Positions 1-8,579 of a DNA stretch of 64,000 bases are shown here, piece after piece. The notes beneath the pieces are model-generated. The model was not told where the DNA came from, ran no database searches, and worked only from the letters and a program-made list of their open reading frames with translations. A program made the position numbers and the translations under genes. Each line of letters opens with the position of its first letter. Within the stretch, counting starts at the first letter, position 1. The stretch spans positions 3,744,001-3,808,000 of the forward strand of contig OY764159.1 in the NCBI GenBank assembly GCA_963668175.1, read 5' to 3'. Origin of the DNA: Syntrophales bacterium. GTDB lineage: Bacteria; Desulfobacterota; Syntrophia; Syntrophales; PHBD01.

Positions 1-1377
1 GGGGCGGGCAAGGATGATGCCGTGGCCGATTCCATAATGCCCGATATCGTTCATTTCGTACTGGTGGGCCACCGGAAAGACGATGTCCGCCATGGCGGCG
101 GTCGGTGTCATAAACAGGTCGGCCACAGCCACGAAATCCAGGCTCTTGAAGGCTTCGTAAGTGAGTTTGCTGTCCGCCCACGCCACGAGGGGGTTGGTGC
201 ACATACCGTAATACCCCCGCACGGGATACGGTTTGCCGGTGAGGACAGCCTGGCGGAAATAGGTCGGGGGGATGGTCATCAATCTCGGGATGATGCCGTA
301 ACCGGCACTGATCATGTCTTTGCGCTTGTCCGGGATCAAGTCGGCACGGACAAAAGGCGCTAATCCCATGATCTTGGGGTCGCGGGCGTTCACATTGCCG
401 CCGGGGACTTCCAGGTTGCCGCAGATGGCCATCAGACAGGCCAGCGACCGGACGGCATCAAACGCATTGTTATCATGTTCGATGGCGTTGCCCCATTGCA
501 GGGCCGCCGGCTTCGCTTCGGCGTACATCCGGGCCGCCTGACGTATCTTCTCGGCGGGAACCCAGGTTATCTCCGCGACCTTCTCCGGAGAATACTGCTT
601 GACGTGCGCCGACAGTTCGGGGAAGCCATAGGCGTATTTTTCCACGAAATCCTTGTCGTACAGTCCCTCCTCGCAGATGACATGGATGATTCCCAGCGCC
701 AGGGCCTGGGCCGTGCCGGGACGGAGCTGAAGCCAGAGATCGGCTTTTTTTGCCAGTTCAATCCTGCGGGGATCGACGACAATGAGCTTGGCCCCGCCTT
801 TCAACTGATCCTGAATGAGGCTCGATATCTGCCCTTCTTCATTGGTTGATGTGATATTGCTTGCCCACAGGAAGATCAACTTCGTCTGGTGATGCATATC
901 GGCCACGGGATAGAAACCGCACGTGTGGACACCGGTAACCTCGCGGGGGGCATGACAAACGTCCTGGGAGGCGATCACGTTGGGCGATCCGAAGATATTG
1001 GCCAGACGGATGAGAACGAAGTGCTCCAGCCCCTTGGGCATGCCGACGCCGAAGCCGACGGCCCGCGCGCCATACTTCTCTCTGATGTTGTTCAGGTTCT
1101 CCGCCGTTTCACTCAGGGCCTGTTCCCAGGTTATTCGCTGCCACTTGCCTTCGCCCCGCTCTCCGGCGCGCTTCACGGGATACCGGAGCCGATCCGGGTG
1201 ACTCAAACGGTCCGCGGAAACTCTCCCCTTGAAGCATGTGTAGCCTCTGTTAAGATAACCGTCGGGATCACCCTTTATCTGAACGATGGTGTTGTCTTTC
1301 ACGCCGACGAGCAGACTGCAGCCCCCGTGATCCATTCTTGCACAGTGCGTTTTGACCCAGCGTATATCCTCCGCCAT
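1..1377 (-). CDS. Molybdopterin (Mo/W-bisPGD, DMSO reductase family) oxidoreductase, acetylene-hydratase-like; 3' end runs off the window
   Basis: Not in the ORF track (no stop in the window). Manual translation from ATG 1377 (RBS AAGGAG): MAEDIRWVKTHCARMDHGGCSLLVGVKDNTIVQIKGDPDGYLNRGYTCFKG...HPDRLRYPVKRAGERGEGKWQRITWEQAL...FGSPNVIASQDVCHAP. Confidence 0.88.
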   Translation of the reverse strand, partial: MAEDIRWVKTHCARMDHGGCSLLVGVKDNTIVQIKGDPDGYLNRGYTCFKGRVSADRLSHPDRLRYPVKRAGERGEGKWQRITWEQALSETAENLNNIREKYGARAVGFGVGMPKGLEHFVLIRLANIFGSPNVIASQDVCHAPREVTGVHTCGFYPVADMHHQTKLIFLWASNITSTNEEGQISSLIQDQLKGGAKLIVVDPRRIELAKKADLWLQLRPGTAQALALGIIHVICEEGLYDKDFVEKYAYGFPELSAHVKQYSPEKVAEITWVPAEKIRQAARMYAEAKPAALQWGNAIEHDNNAFDAVRSLACLMAICGNLEVPGGNVNARDPKIMGLAPFVRADLIPDKRKDMISAGYGIIPRLMTIPPTYFRQAVLTGKPYPVRGYYGMCTNPLVAWADSKLTYEAFKSLDFVAVADLFMTPTAAMADIVFPVAHQYEMNDIGHYGIGHGIILARP

Positions 1378-1623
1378 CACCCCATCTCCTTTGGTTTCTG
1401 ATTTTTTACAGAAATTTTTCCCAGATTTATCGTGACTATAGTAAACATGCGCCGAGATGTCAAGAATACCGTCATTTTAGCCGCGCGTCTGCCTGGCGGA
1501 GACCGATAGGATTGACGGCAAGTCCGGCGTGGGAAACCGAACCGCTTCGTCACGGCAAGGCAAAGGGTAAGATACGGAAGGATATCTTCAGCGCAAATCC
1601 AAGGAAAATGTTTCTCTGTTCTT

Positions 1624-3024
1624 TCAGCAGACGGGAAAGGACATCTCGACGAGGAGGCCGCCCTCGGCCGCGTTAGCCGCCCGAATCGTTCCCCCATGGA
1701 TGCGTACGGCGGCTTCCGCAATGGTCAGGCCCAGCCCTGCCCCACACGTCTTATCGGTTCCGCCGTTGTCGAAGCGATAGAAAGGCTTGAATAGATGGAC
1801 GATTTCACTTTCCGGAACCCCCGGACCATGATCGGCGACACTCACAATGATAGAGCCGCTGTCGCCATCCCCTGCACGCCGGAGGGAAATCACCACTTCG
1901 CTGCCTTCGGCGGTATAACGTACGGCGTTGCGGACTACATTCTCGATAGCGCTTTGAAGAAGCATGCTGTTGCCCATGATGATGCATTCTTCACCCGGCA
2001 AGATCCTGACCACCCGATTCATTTTCTTTCCTTCGAAATTGGCATCGTCGACGATTCCCTTGATCAGGAGGCGCAGGTCTTCTCTTTTCTTTTCCAACCC
2101 CGCCACACCCGAATCGACGCGATTCAAATTCAGTATCTGTCCGATCAGTTCGCTCAATTTGTCCGCTTCCCGGGTGATTCGCTCCAGCGATTTCGCATCT
2201 TCGGGGCTCAGCCTCTGCTGGCAAAGCTCCAGGGCGACATAGAGCCTTGTCAGCGGCGAACGGAGTTCATGGGATACGTCCCTGAGCAGACTGCGCTGGG
2301 ATGTCATGAGGGATTCGACACGCTCGGCCATCATATCGAAATCTTCGGCCAGCTGCGAAATCTCGTCTTTCCTCTTGCCGATTACGGATTTGACCCGGAC
2401 GGAGAGATTGCCTCCCGCCAGCAGGCGGGCGGCTCGGCTGAGCTCAACAATAGGCGAAACCACATAACGGGTCAGGATGTAACAGACGATCCCCGACACA
2501 ACCAGCGCCGTCATGATCTTTATGGGCAGAGAATAAGGATTCTCGGAAAATGGCGGCGGATGCGGTGCCAGCGGCGGAGGCGGGCGGCGATGTTCCTTCT
2601 TTTCGGAAATAAGATACTCCTTGCCTGTCTGGCTGATAAAGCGCTGAACGGCAATACCCATGTCCCCGAAGAGAGGAAACCTATCCGGAGGGGTCTTGGT
2701 AACCCGGGCAACGAGGTTGAGGACTTCATCCGGAGGCTTTCTACCCGTCAGTTCTTTTCCGGTGTGATCGAAGATAAAGTACTTCGTGTCCGTTGCCTCT
2801 TCAAGAGGAACGAGGAAAGCCCGCATGGATGCCGTGTTTTCCCGCTCGAGAATATTGATGGCGAATTGGCCGTATGCGGACAGTTCCTGTCCGACTCGCT
2901 TGCGAAAGTGTTCGCCCGGTCCGGACTCCGTCGCCCGGTCGACGATCATACCCGTCATGAACAGGATAATCGTGGCCGACCAGAACCACAGGTAGATTTT
3001 CAAGAAGAGTCCGCGCTTAATCAT
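1624..3024 (-). CDS. HAMP-domain sensor histidine kinase, CpxA-like
   Basis: Two TM segments, HAMP, H-box SHELRSPL, N-box ENVVRNA, G boxes DHGPG and GAGLGL. Start moved to MIKRGLFLKIYLWFW, overlapping the regulator's stop. Confidence 0.9.
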   Translation of the reverse strand: MIKRGLFLKIYLWFWSATIILFMTGMIVDRATESGPGEHFRKRVGQELSAYGQFAINILERENTASMRAFLVPLEEATDTKYFIFDHTGKELTGRKPPDEVLNLVARVTKTPPDRFPLFGDMGIAVQRFISQTGKEYLISEKKEHRRPPPPLAPHPPPFSENPYSLPIKIMTALVVSGIVCYILTRYVVSPIVELSRAARLLAGGNLSVRVKSVIGKRKDEISQLAEDFDMMAERVESLMTSQRSLLRDVSHELRSPLTRLYVALELCQQRLSPEDAKSLERITREADKLSELIGQILNLNRVDSGVAGLEKKREDLRLLIKGIVDDANFEGKKMNRVVRILPGEECIIMGNSMLLQSAIENVVRNAVRYTAEGSEVVISLRRAGDGDSGSIIVSVADHGPGVPESEIVHLFKPFYRFDNGGTDKTCGAGLGLTIAEAAVRIHGGTIRAANAAEGGLLVEMSFPVC

Positions 3025-3796
3025 CTGTGCTGCTCGCCTCTTCCGTCGGCGTCCCGGTATCGGCGTCTTCGTCTCCCGAAGACAAAGGATATACATAGAT
3101 GTAACCGGTGCCTCTAATCGACTTGATTCTTTCCGGACAGGAATTCTCGCGGCCGAGCTTCTTCCGGAGTTTACTCACATGGACATCGATACTCCGGTCA
3201 TAAGCGGAGAACGGCCGATCAAGGGCCTCGCGGGACAATTCTTCCCGGGTGACGACAGTTCCTACATTCCGGAGCAGTATCTCCAGGATGTTGAATTCAA
3301 CCGACGTTAACTCCACGGGCTGGTCTGCACATATAACCGCGCGCGTACCCGGATCAAGCATGACGTCGCCGACCCTGTATCTTACGGCGTCCCTGCCCGC
3401 CGACACGCTGCGATGGCCCTGACCGAATCGGCGAAGGATCGCCCGGATACGGGCGACCAGTTCCCGGGGGTTGAAAGGTTTGGGGAGATAATCGTCTGCA
3501 CCCATTTCCAGCCCTACGATCCGGTCCACATCCTCACCCCTGGCCGTGAGCATCAATACCGGCAAATCGGACCGGGCACGGATCTGTTGAAGCACGGAAA
3601 ACCCGCTGAATCCTTTGGGAAGCATGACATCAAGCACGACGAGATTGTAGGGCGTTCCGGAGATCATCTCCAATCCCTTGTTGCCTTCATGGGCTACATC
3701 TATTTCAAATCCTTCCGTACGAAGGTATTCGACCAAAAGATCGCATAACGACTTGTCATCATCGATGACCAGTATTCTTTCCTGATACATATCCAT
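3017..3796 (-). CDS. OmpR/CpxR-family response regulator
   Basis: IDDD, LDVMLP, GADDYLPKPF receiver; winged helix DRSIDVHVSKLRKKL...IRGTGY. Confidence 0.93.
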   Translation of the reverse strand: MDMYQERILVIDDDKSLCDLLVEYLRTEGFEIDVAHEGNKGLEMISGTPYNLVVLDVMLPKGFSGFSVLQQIRARSDLPVLMLTARGEDVDRIVGLEMGADDYLPKPFNPRELVARIRAILRRFGQGHRSVSAGRDAVRYRVGDVMLDPGTRAVICADQPVELTSVEFNILEILLRNVGTVVTREELSREALDRPFSAYDRSIDVHVSKLRKKLGRENSCPERIKSIRGTGYIYVYPLSSGDEDADTGTPTEEASSTDD

Positions 3797-3908
3797 AGTT
3801 CAATTTCCTGGGGGAATAATTTACATCCTGTTGTCCCCCGGCCGGGCAATTCTTGCCCTCGCTCGATGTATTTCATTGTTTTATACCACAAATAGACGGC
3901 ATATCGCC

Positions 3909-4037
3909 GTTAAGATTTGTAAACGCGCCGCGACAAATGTTAACGGGAAGATCGCTATGTCCGCCAGAAACTATTTATGTTCAATATTATCAATGGTTAC
4001 GCACACACAAGCCGGCAGCGACGTTAATATTTGTTAA
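3909..4037. promoter_or_regulatory. Three CpxR-box-like direct-repeat sites
   Basis: GTTAA-GATTT-GTAAA (3909-3923), GTTAA-CATTT-GTCGC (minus strand, 3944-3930), GTTAA-TATTT-GTTAA (4023-4037). The CpxR consensus is GTAAA-N5-GTAAA. Confidence 0.55.
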
Positions 4038-4337
4038 GAACAGATACACTGCCCATTCCAGCCTGCCGCCGGTATACCCGTTGCAATATTCCGTTCAATA
4101 TAACGATCTTCGGTGGAACCTCCGAAGGACTGGGCCATTGAAAATCGACGGATGCCGGACCGGGCAAAAGCGGGCTGGCGCAAGGCATCAATGGCGCAAA
4201 ATACCGGCCATAAACCTGTTTTGACCTCCGTGATGAGAGAATCTCCCCAACAAGGTCAAGAGGTGGGGCGTTACTAGCCAATTAAAAGGATTGAGACTTT
4301 AATCTTAACATCTTTTTCGTAGAAAGGGGGCCCTCCT

Positions 4338-4991
4338 ATGACGAGTACGATAGGGAGCGTACTATCAGCGCTCACGTCATCATCCACCACGTCGACCAGT
4401 ACGTCCAGCACTATCGATGAATCCGAATTTCTGGAACTGCTGGTCGCCCAGATGCAGAATCAGGACCCGTTGAATCCCATGAGCGATACGGACTATACGG
4501 CTGTTCTTGCTCAATTTTCCAGCCTGTCTCTGTTAACCAGCCTGAGTACAAAAATCGATTCTATCGCGGAAGACATTGAAGCGACCAATATCTCCCAGGC
4601 CGCATCCCTGGTCGGCAGTAAAATAACCGCCGAGGGTTCCGTTGTTGAGGCTGACGGTTCATCCTGCAACATCGTCTACGATCTCTCGGACGATATCGCG
4701 AGCGGCACGATTAACATTTACAATGCGAGCGGAACCCTGACGGACTCCATCGACTTGGGCGCACAAACGTCCGGTCAGCATACCGTGAGCTGGGACTGTT
4801 CAGATGTAACTAACGGTAATTATACGATAGAAATATCCGCTTACGACAGCAGCGGGACCGCTGTTACGACAAGCACATACACCTCCGGAACGGCAACGGG
4901 CGTTACCGTCGAGGACGGTACCCTGTGCTTTATCGTGAACGGACAGAATATCCCTTACGAAGACGTCGTTTCCATCGAGCAGGCATCCTGA
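4338..4991 (+). CDS. flgD: Flagellar hook capping protein FlgD
   Basis: FLELLVAQMQNQDPLNPM...AQFSSL; A(S)LVG; Ig-like region G-x-H-x-V-x-WD. Confidence 0.9.
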   Translation: MTSTIGSVLSALTSSSTTSTSTSSTIDESEFLELLVAQMQNQDPLNPMSDTDYTAVLAQFSSLSLLTSLSTKIDSIAEDIEATNISQAASLVGSKITAEGSVVEADGSSCNIVYDLSDDIASGTINIYNASGTLTDSIDLGAQTSGQHTVSWDCSDVTNGNYTIEISAYDSSGTAVTTSTYTSGTATGVTVEDGTLCFIVNGQNIPYEDVVSIEQAS

Positions 4992-5204
4992 AATCCTCCG
5001 GGGAGTTGCCGGCATCATGATTGAAGCCGGCAACCCCGCAGGTTATGCTTTAAGCGATTCTGCCGAATTCTCTCAAAACCATTCAAATTAACAGTCGTTA
5101 TCCTTTCTTAACATTACTTAACTTCACACCCGCCCATGCCATCCATAATATAGATGTCGGGGTGATGGTGCCTCAAGCACACGGAAAGGGAGGAGCAGAG
5201 CGAT

Positions 5205-6404
5205 ATGGCGTCGGTAGTCGATATGCTGTCGTCCGGATGCGATAGTCTGTCATCCGTTCTCCTCGGTCAGCAGGACACAAAGACCCAGCTCGCGAATAAC
5301 GCCCTGAGCACGGGGATATCCCTGCTGCAGGATGGAAAGACGGAGAAAGCCATCGAGGCGCTTAAAACCGCCGCGGCTTACGATCCGACACTGTCCAACG
5401 CCTATAAATACATGGGAATGGCCTATGCCAAGCTGGGAGATTACGAATCGGCCATTGAAGCGTACAAGAAACCCGTCCAGCTTGATCCCACATCGGCCGA
5501 TGCCAGGACAGACCTCGCCAACGCCTACATCGACAACGGGCAATACGACGAAGCGAAAGACCAACTAGAGGAGGAAATCAAGTGGAACCCAAGATCCTCC
5601 TCGGCGTATTATGCGCTGGGTCAACTCGATATACAAATGGAGGAATACGACGATGCGGCCGACGCCTTTCAAAAGGTCATCAGCCTGGAACCCGATCAAT
5701 ACAACGGCTACTACGGGCTGGGACTCGCCTACAACAAGCAGGAGAAGTACGCCGAGGCCGTGGATCAATTACAGAAATGCATCTCCCTGAAGAGAGACTT
5801 TGCCTACGCCTACTGCGACCTTGGATACGCCTATGCCGGCCTGGGAGACACGGATACGGCCGAAGAGCAGGTCGAGATCCTCTACGATATGGATACAACG
5901 GAAAGCAATTCCCTTGCCGCCGAGTTGGAGCTTTCCCTCTATACCCCGAAGATTACCAACATTGATAGCGATTCATCCTTTCCCACTTCTTTCGGTGCAA
6001 ATACCCAAGTCTATTTTCTCGACCCGTCGCTGTGGACCGCAGGATCTTCCTGTACCTTTTCCGTGGTCATCCAGTTCAACCAGGCCATGGATACGTCGTC
6101 AATCCAGAACACCCTCAACTGGTCCATCAGCAAGGCGCAGGGCGGGACGGCCGGCTGGTACGACAACGGCCTTATCACCGATGCCGGCAAGGAAATCGCC
6201 ATTCCTGCAATACCGACCTGTGTTTCCTATAATGCTTCCACCTACCAGGCAACCCTGTATTTCACCATAACCCAGAATTCTACCGGAGATGGGGTCACGG
6301 ACCCGTCCCATTGGGTATTCAAATTCACGGGCAACGATATCAGCGGCAACAAGATAGATGTGAGCGGCGACGAGATTGACGGGGCAGCCGGAGAAGCGTT
6401 CTGA
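5205..6404 (+). CDS. Tetratricopeptide-repeat protein with a beta-rich (Ig-like) C-terminal domain
   Basis: About six TPR repeats (AYKYMGMAYAKLGDYESAIEAYKK, YYGLGLAYNKQEKYAEAV); RBS GGAGG. Confidence 0.85.
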   Translation: MASVVDMLSSGCDSLSSVLLGQQDTKTQLANNALSTGISLLQDGKTEKAIEALKTAAAYDPTLSNAYKYMGMAYAKLGDYESAIEAYKKPVQLDPTSADARTDLANAYIDNGQYDEAKDQLEEEIKWNPRSSSAYYALGQLDIQMEEYDDAADAFQKVISLEPDQYNGYYGLGLAYNKQEKYAEAVDQLQKCISLKRDFAYAYCDLGYAYAGLGDTDTAEEQVEILYDMDTTESNSLAAELELSLYTPKITNIDSDSSFPTSFGANTQVYFLDPSLWTAGSSCTFSVVIQFNQAMDTSSIQNTLNWSISKAQGGTAGWYDNGLITDAGKEIAIPAIPTCVSYNASTYQATLYFTITQNSTGDGVTDPSHWVFKFTGNDISGNKIDVSGDEIDGAAGEAF

Positions 6405-6479
6405 ATACCAGCCGATCCTCTCCTTACAGGATGTTATTTATTTCCCGCTTCCATAAAAAACCACACCATTGACGTCCCG

Positions 6480-7529
6480 TTACAGGCAGTAGCCTTCATG
6501 CGGCATGAGGCTATATTTCGAAAGCACGGCGCCTGTATCCCGGATCACCGCATCGGGAAGTCGCACGCGGCCGTACAGCATCGGACCCGGTTTGGCTGAG
6601 GCTTCAGGACCGAAGGCAAAGAAATGATCGATGGCCTTGTTGGCATTGGTGAACGGATTGCCGTACGGCAGGGACTGGACCAGGGCGAAGACCTCGTTGA
6701 CCGCGGAGGTCAACCGGCCGGATATGTCGTCGCTTCTCTTCCGGTCACCCTCGGCCAATCCCTCCATCATATCAGCGAGCTCCCTGGCAAAACAGTTAGC
6801 CGTGCTGAGGAGGAACCCGTCGTAGGGCCCTCCCGCCTCTTTCAGCCACCTGGCATATTCCCCCTCGGCGCCCCGTACCATAAACACGTCTCCCTTATCG
6901 AAGGGCGACATGGCAACACGATCCTGACCACTTGAATCCTTGAAAAAGACCACATTGGCGCACGTGGCGACGATATCGGCAAAAGTCGCTGCAGATATTT
7001 CATTTTCGGTTATCTGGGGAAGCTGATACAGGGCTGTCGGAAGCCCCGTACGGAGTATCTCAGCCAGTCCGGCTTCTATTTCGGTTTGACGAAGAGTCTT
7101 GCCGGAAGGCGGACAGACCGTGAATCCGCAGACATTCTTCTCTTTCAGTATGGCAAGAAGCGTCTCAGGTTCCGTTTTCCGGACATCCGTCCCCAGCATG
7201 GACGACATCGTCGAAAGCATGTGTCGGACATCGCCCTTCAATACGCCGAGCAACAGATGGATATCCCGATTGCGGGCAAGCTGAAAGGCGAAGTCGGCGA
7301 CTGCGAGGGTTTGTTCGTCGTCCAAAGCCCAACCGTCGCCGGTCGAACCCGGGACAAGAAAGCCTTTGACCCAGGGAACAATGCGATCGAAATGGCGCGT
7401 CATGCGCTCGTAATCGATTGTACCGTCGTCACGGTAATGCGTGAGAAGTGGGCACCATAGTCTGGGAATACCGCCCTTGAAATGCTCCGCAATCAATTGT
7501 TGTCGTTTTTCGATAATCGTCTTATCCAT
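6480..7529 (-). CDS. Dihydrodipicolinate synthase/N-acetylneuraminate lyase family protein
   Basis: GSTGDGW, LYQLPQ, Schiff-base FKDSSG. Confidence 0.8.
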   Translation of the reverse strand: MDKTIIEKRQQLIAEHFKGGIPRLWCPLLTHYRDDGTIDYERMTRHFDRIVPWVKGFLVPGSTGDGWALDDEQTLAVADFAFQLARNRDIHLLLGVLKGDVRHMLSTMSSMLGTDVRKTEPETLLAILKEKNVCGFTVCPPSGKTLRQTEIEAGLAEILRTGLPTALYQLPQITENEISAATFADIVATCANVVFFKDSSGQDRVAMSPFDKGDVFMVRGAEGEYARWLKEAGGPYDGFLLSTANCFARELADMMEGLAEGDRKRSDDISGRLTSAVNEVFALVQSLPYGNPFTNANKAIDHFFAFGPEASAKPGPMLYGRVRLPDAVIRDTGAVLSKYSLMPHEGYCL

Positions 7530-7710
7530 GGCCCGTCCTTTCGCCGGATCAACATCTGATTGTTATCAATAACAGCCGTCTTCTGCCCGATTTCTCGGAT
7601 GGACCGCGTTCCAAACCCATTCTCTTTGCCTCCTCTTTTATAACACAGTTACGATCGGCATGCCGCATTTTTAGTCCATACGGGCAAGATAACCCCAACC
7701 GCTTTGCATA

Positions 7711-7752
7711 AAAAACGGGGGCGCCGGAGTTTCGTCACTCCATCGCCCCCGC
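7711..7752 (-). terminator. Intrinsic terminator after the cytochrome gene
   Basis: CGGGGGCG...CGCCCCCG stem next to an A-run (U-run on the minus strand). Confidence 0.55.
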
Positions 7753-7785
7753 TAAAAGGAGTCTTTCCGAACTTAAGATCACGTA

Positions 7786-8517
7786 TCAGGGTTTCGCGGC
7801 AGCCGATCCTTTGATCTTCATATCGAACTTCTTGTGGCAGTCCAGACAGAAGACCTTGGATTCTGCGTGGGCCTTGTGACAGACCGTGCAGGCGATGTCG
7901 CCCAAATGAGATTTATGGGGATTGCGGTCCTTGAAATCTTTCGGTTCCGTCTTCTTGGCCAACTGGTCCATGGGTCCGTGACATGCGAGACACCGGTTGT
8001 TGTCGACGGTGTCGTCGGCCTTCGGAAGGGTCTTGCCGTGACATTGGGCACAACCCATGCCGGCTTTGGCATGGAGGTTGTCCGTAAAACTCGAACCCGC
8101 CCAGGAACCGAAAATCTGCTTGATCAAGGTCATGTCATCGTTCTTGGGAGCACCCCAGGAACCTTTCTGTCCGATCAATCCGAAAGACTTGCCGGGTGTC
8201 CAGGAATGGCAGGCCTGACATTCCAGGCTCCCCTTGGGGGGCGTATGGGCCAGGTGCATCCGGGCGGCAAACCCGTTTTTCTTTGTCGAACCGGTCATAT
8301 CCGGCGCATGACAGGACGTACAGGCAGCGAGGTCCTTACCCTTCACGGCAGGATGCCCTTTTGGAAGCACGGAAGAAAAATCGGCATGACAGGTTGCACA
8401 ATTCGCCTTGGCTGCCTTGGCAGGCTTGGCCGCCTCTACGGCGCTGTAATTGGACAACAGACAGACCAGCGCCACTACGGCGACGAGAGCTGTAACAGGT
8501 AACCAGGTTTTTTTCAT
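7786..8517 (-). CDS. Periplasmic heptaheme c-type cytochrome
   Basis: Sec signal; seven CxxCH motifs (CATCH, CTSCH, CQACH, CAQCH, CLACH, CTVCH, CLDCH). Confidence 0.92.
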   Translation of the reverse strand: MKKTWLPVTALVAVVALVCLLSNYSAVEAAKPAKAAKANCATCHADFSSVLPKGHPAVKGKDLAACTSCHAPDMTGSTKKNGFAARMHLAHTPPKGSLECQACHSWTPGKSFGLIGQKGSWGAPKNDDMTLIKQIFGSWAGSSFTDNLHAKAGMGCAQCHGKTLPKADDTVDNNRCLACHGPMDQLAKKTEPKDFKDRNPHKSHLGDIACTVCHKAHAESKVFCLDCHKKFDMKIKGSAAAKP

Positions 8518-8579
8518 GATCAGCCATCCTTATAAATAATGGGGGTCCGGGTGGCCCCGGACCCTCGTATGTTAGAAGG

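Noticed and set aside
1795..3117. Long antisense ORFs (also 15759-17603, 21290-22648, 26569-27921, 39327-40766, 42404-44104, 62416-63351)
   Set aside because: Each mirrors a well-supported gene on the other strand and has no recognisable motifs. These are typical shadow ORFs of GC-rich DNA.
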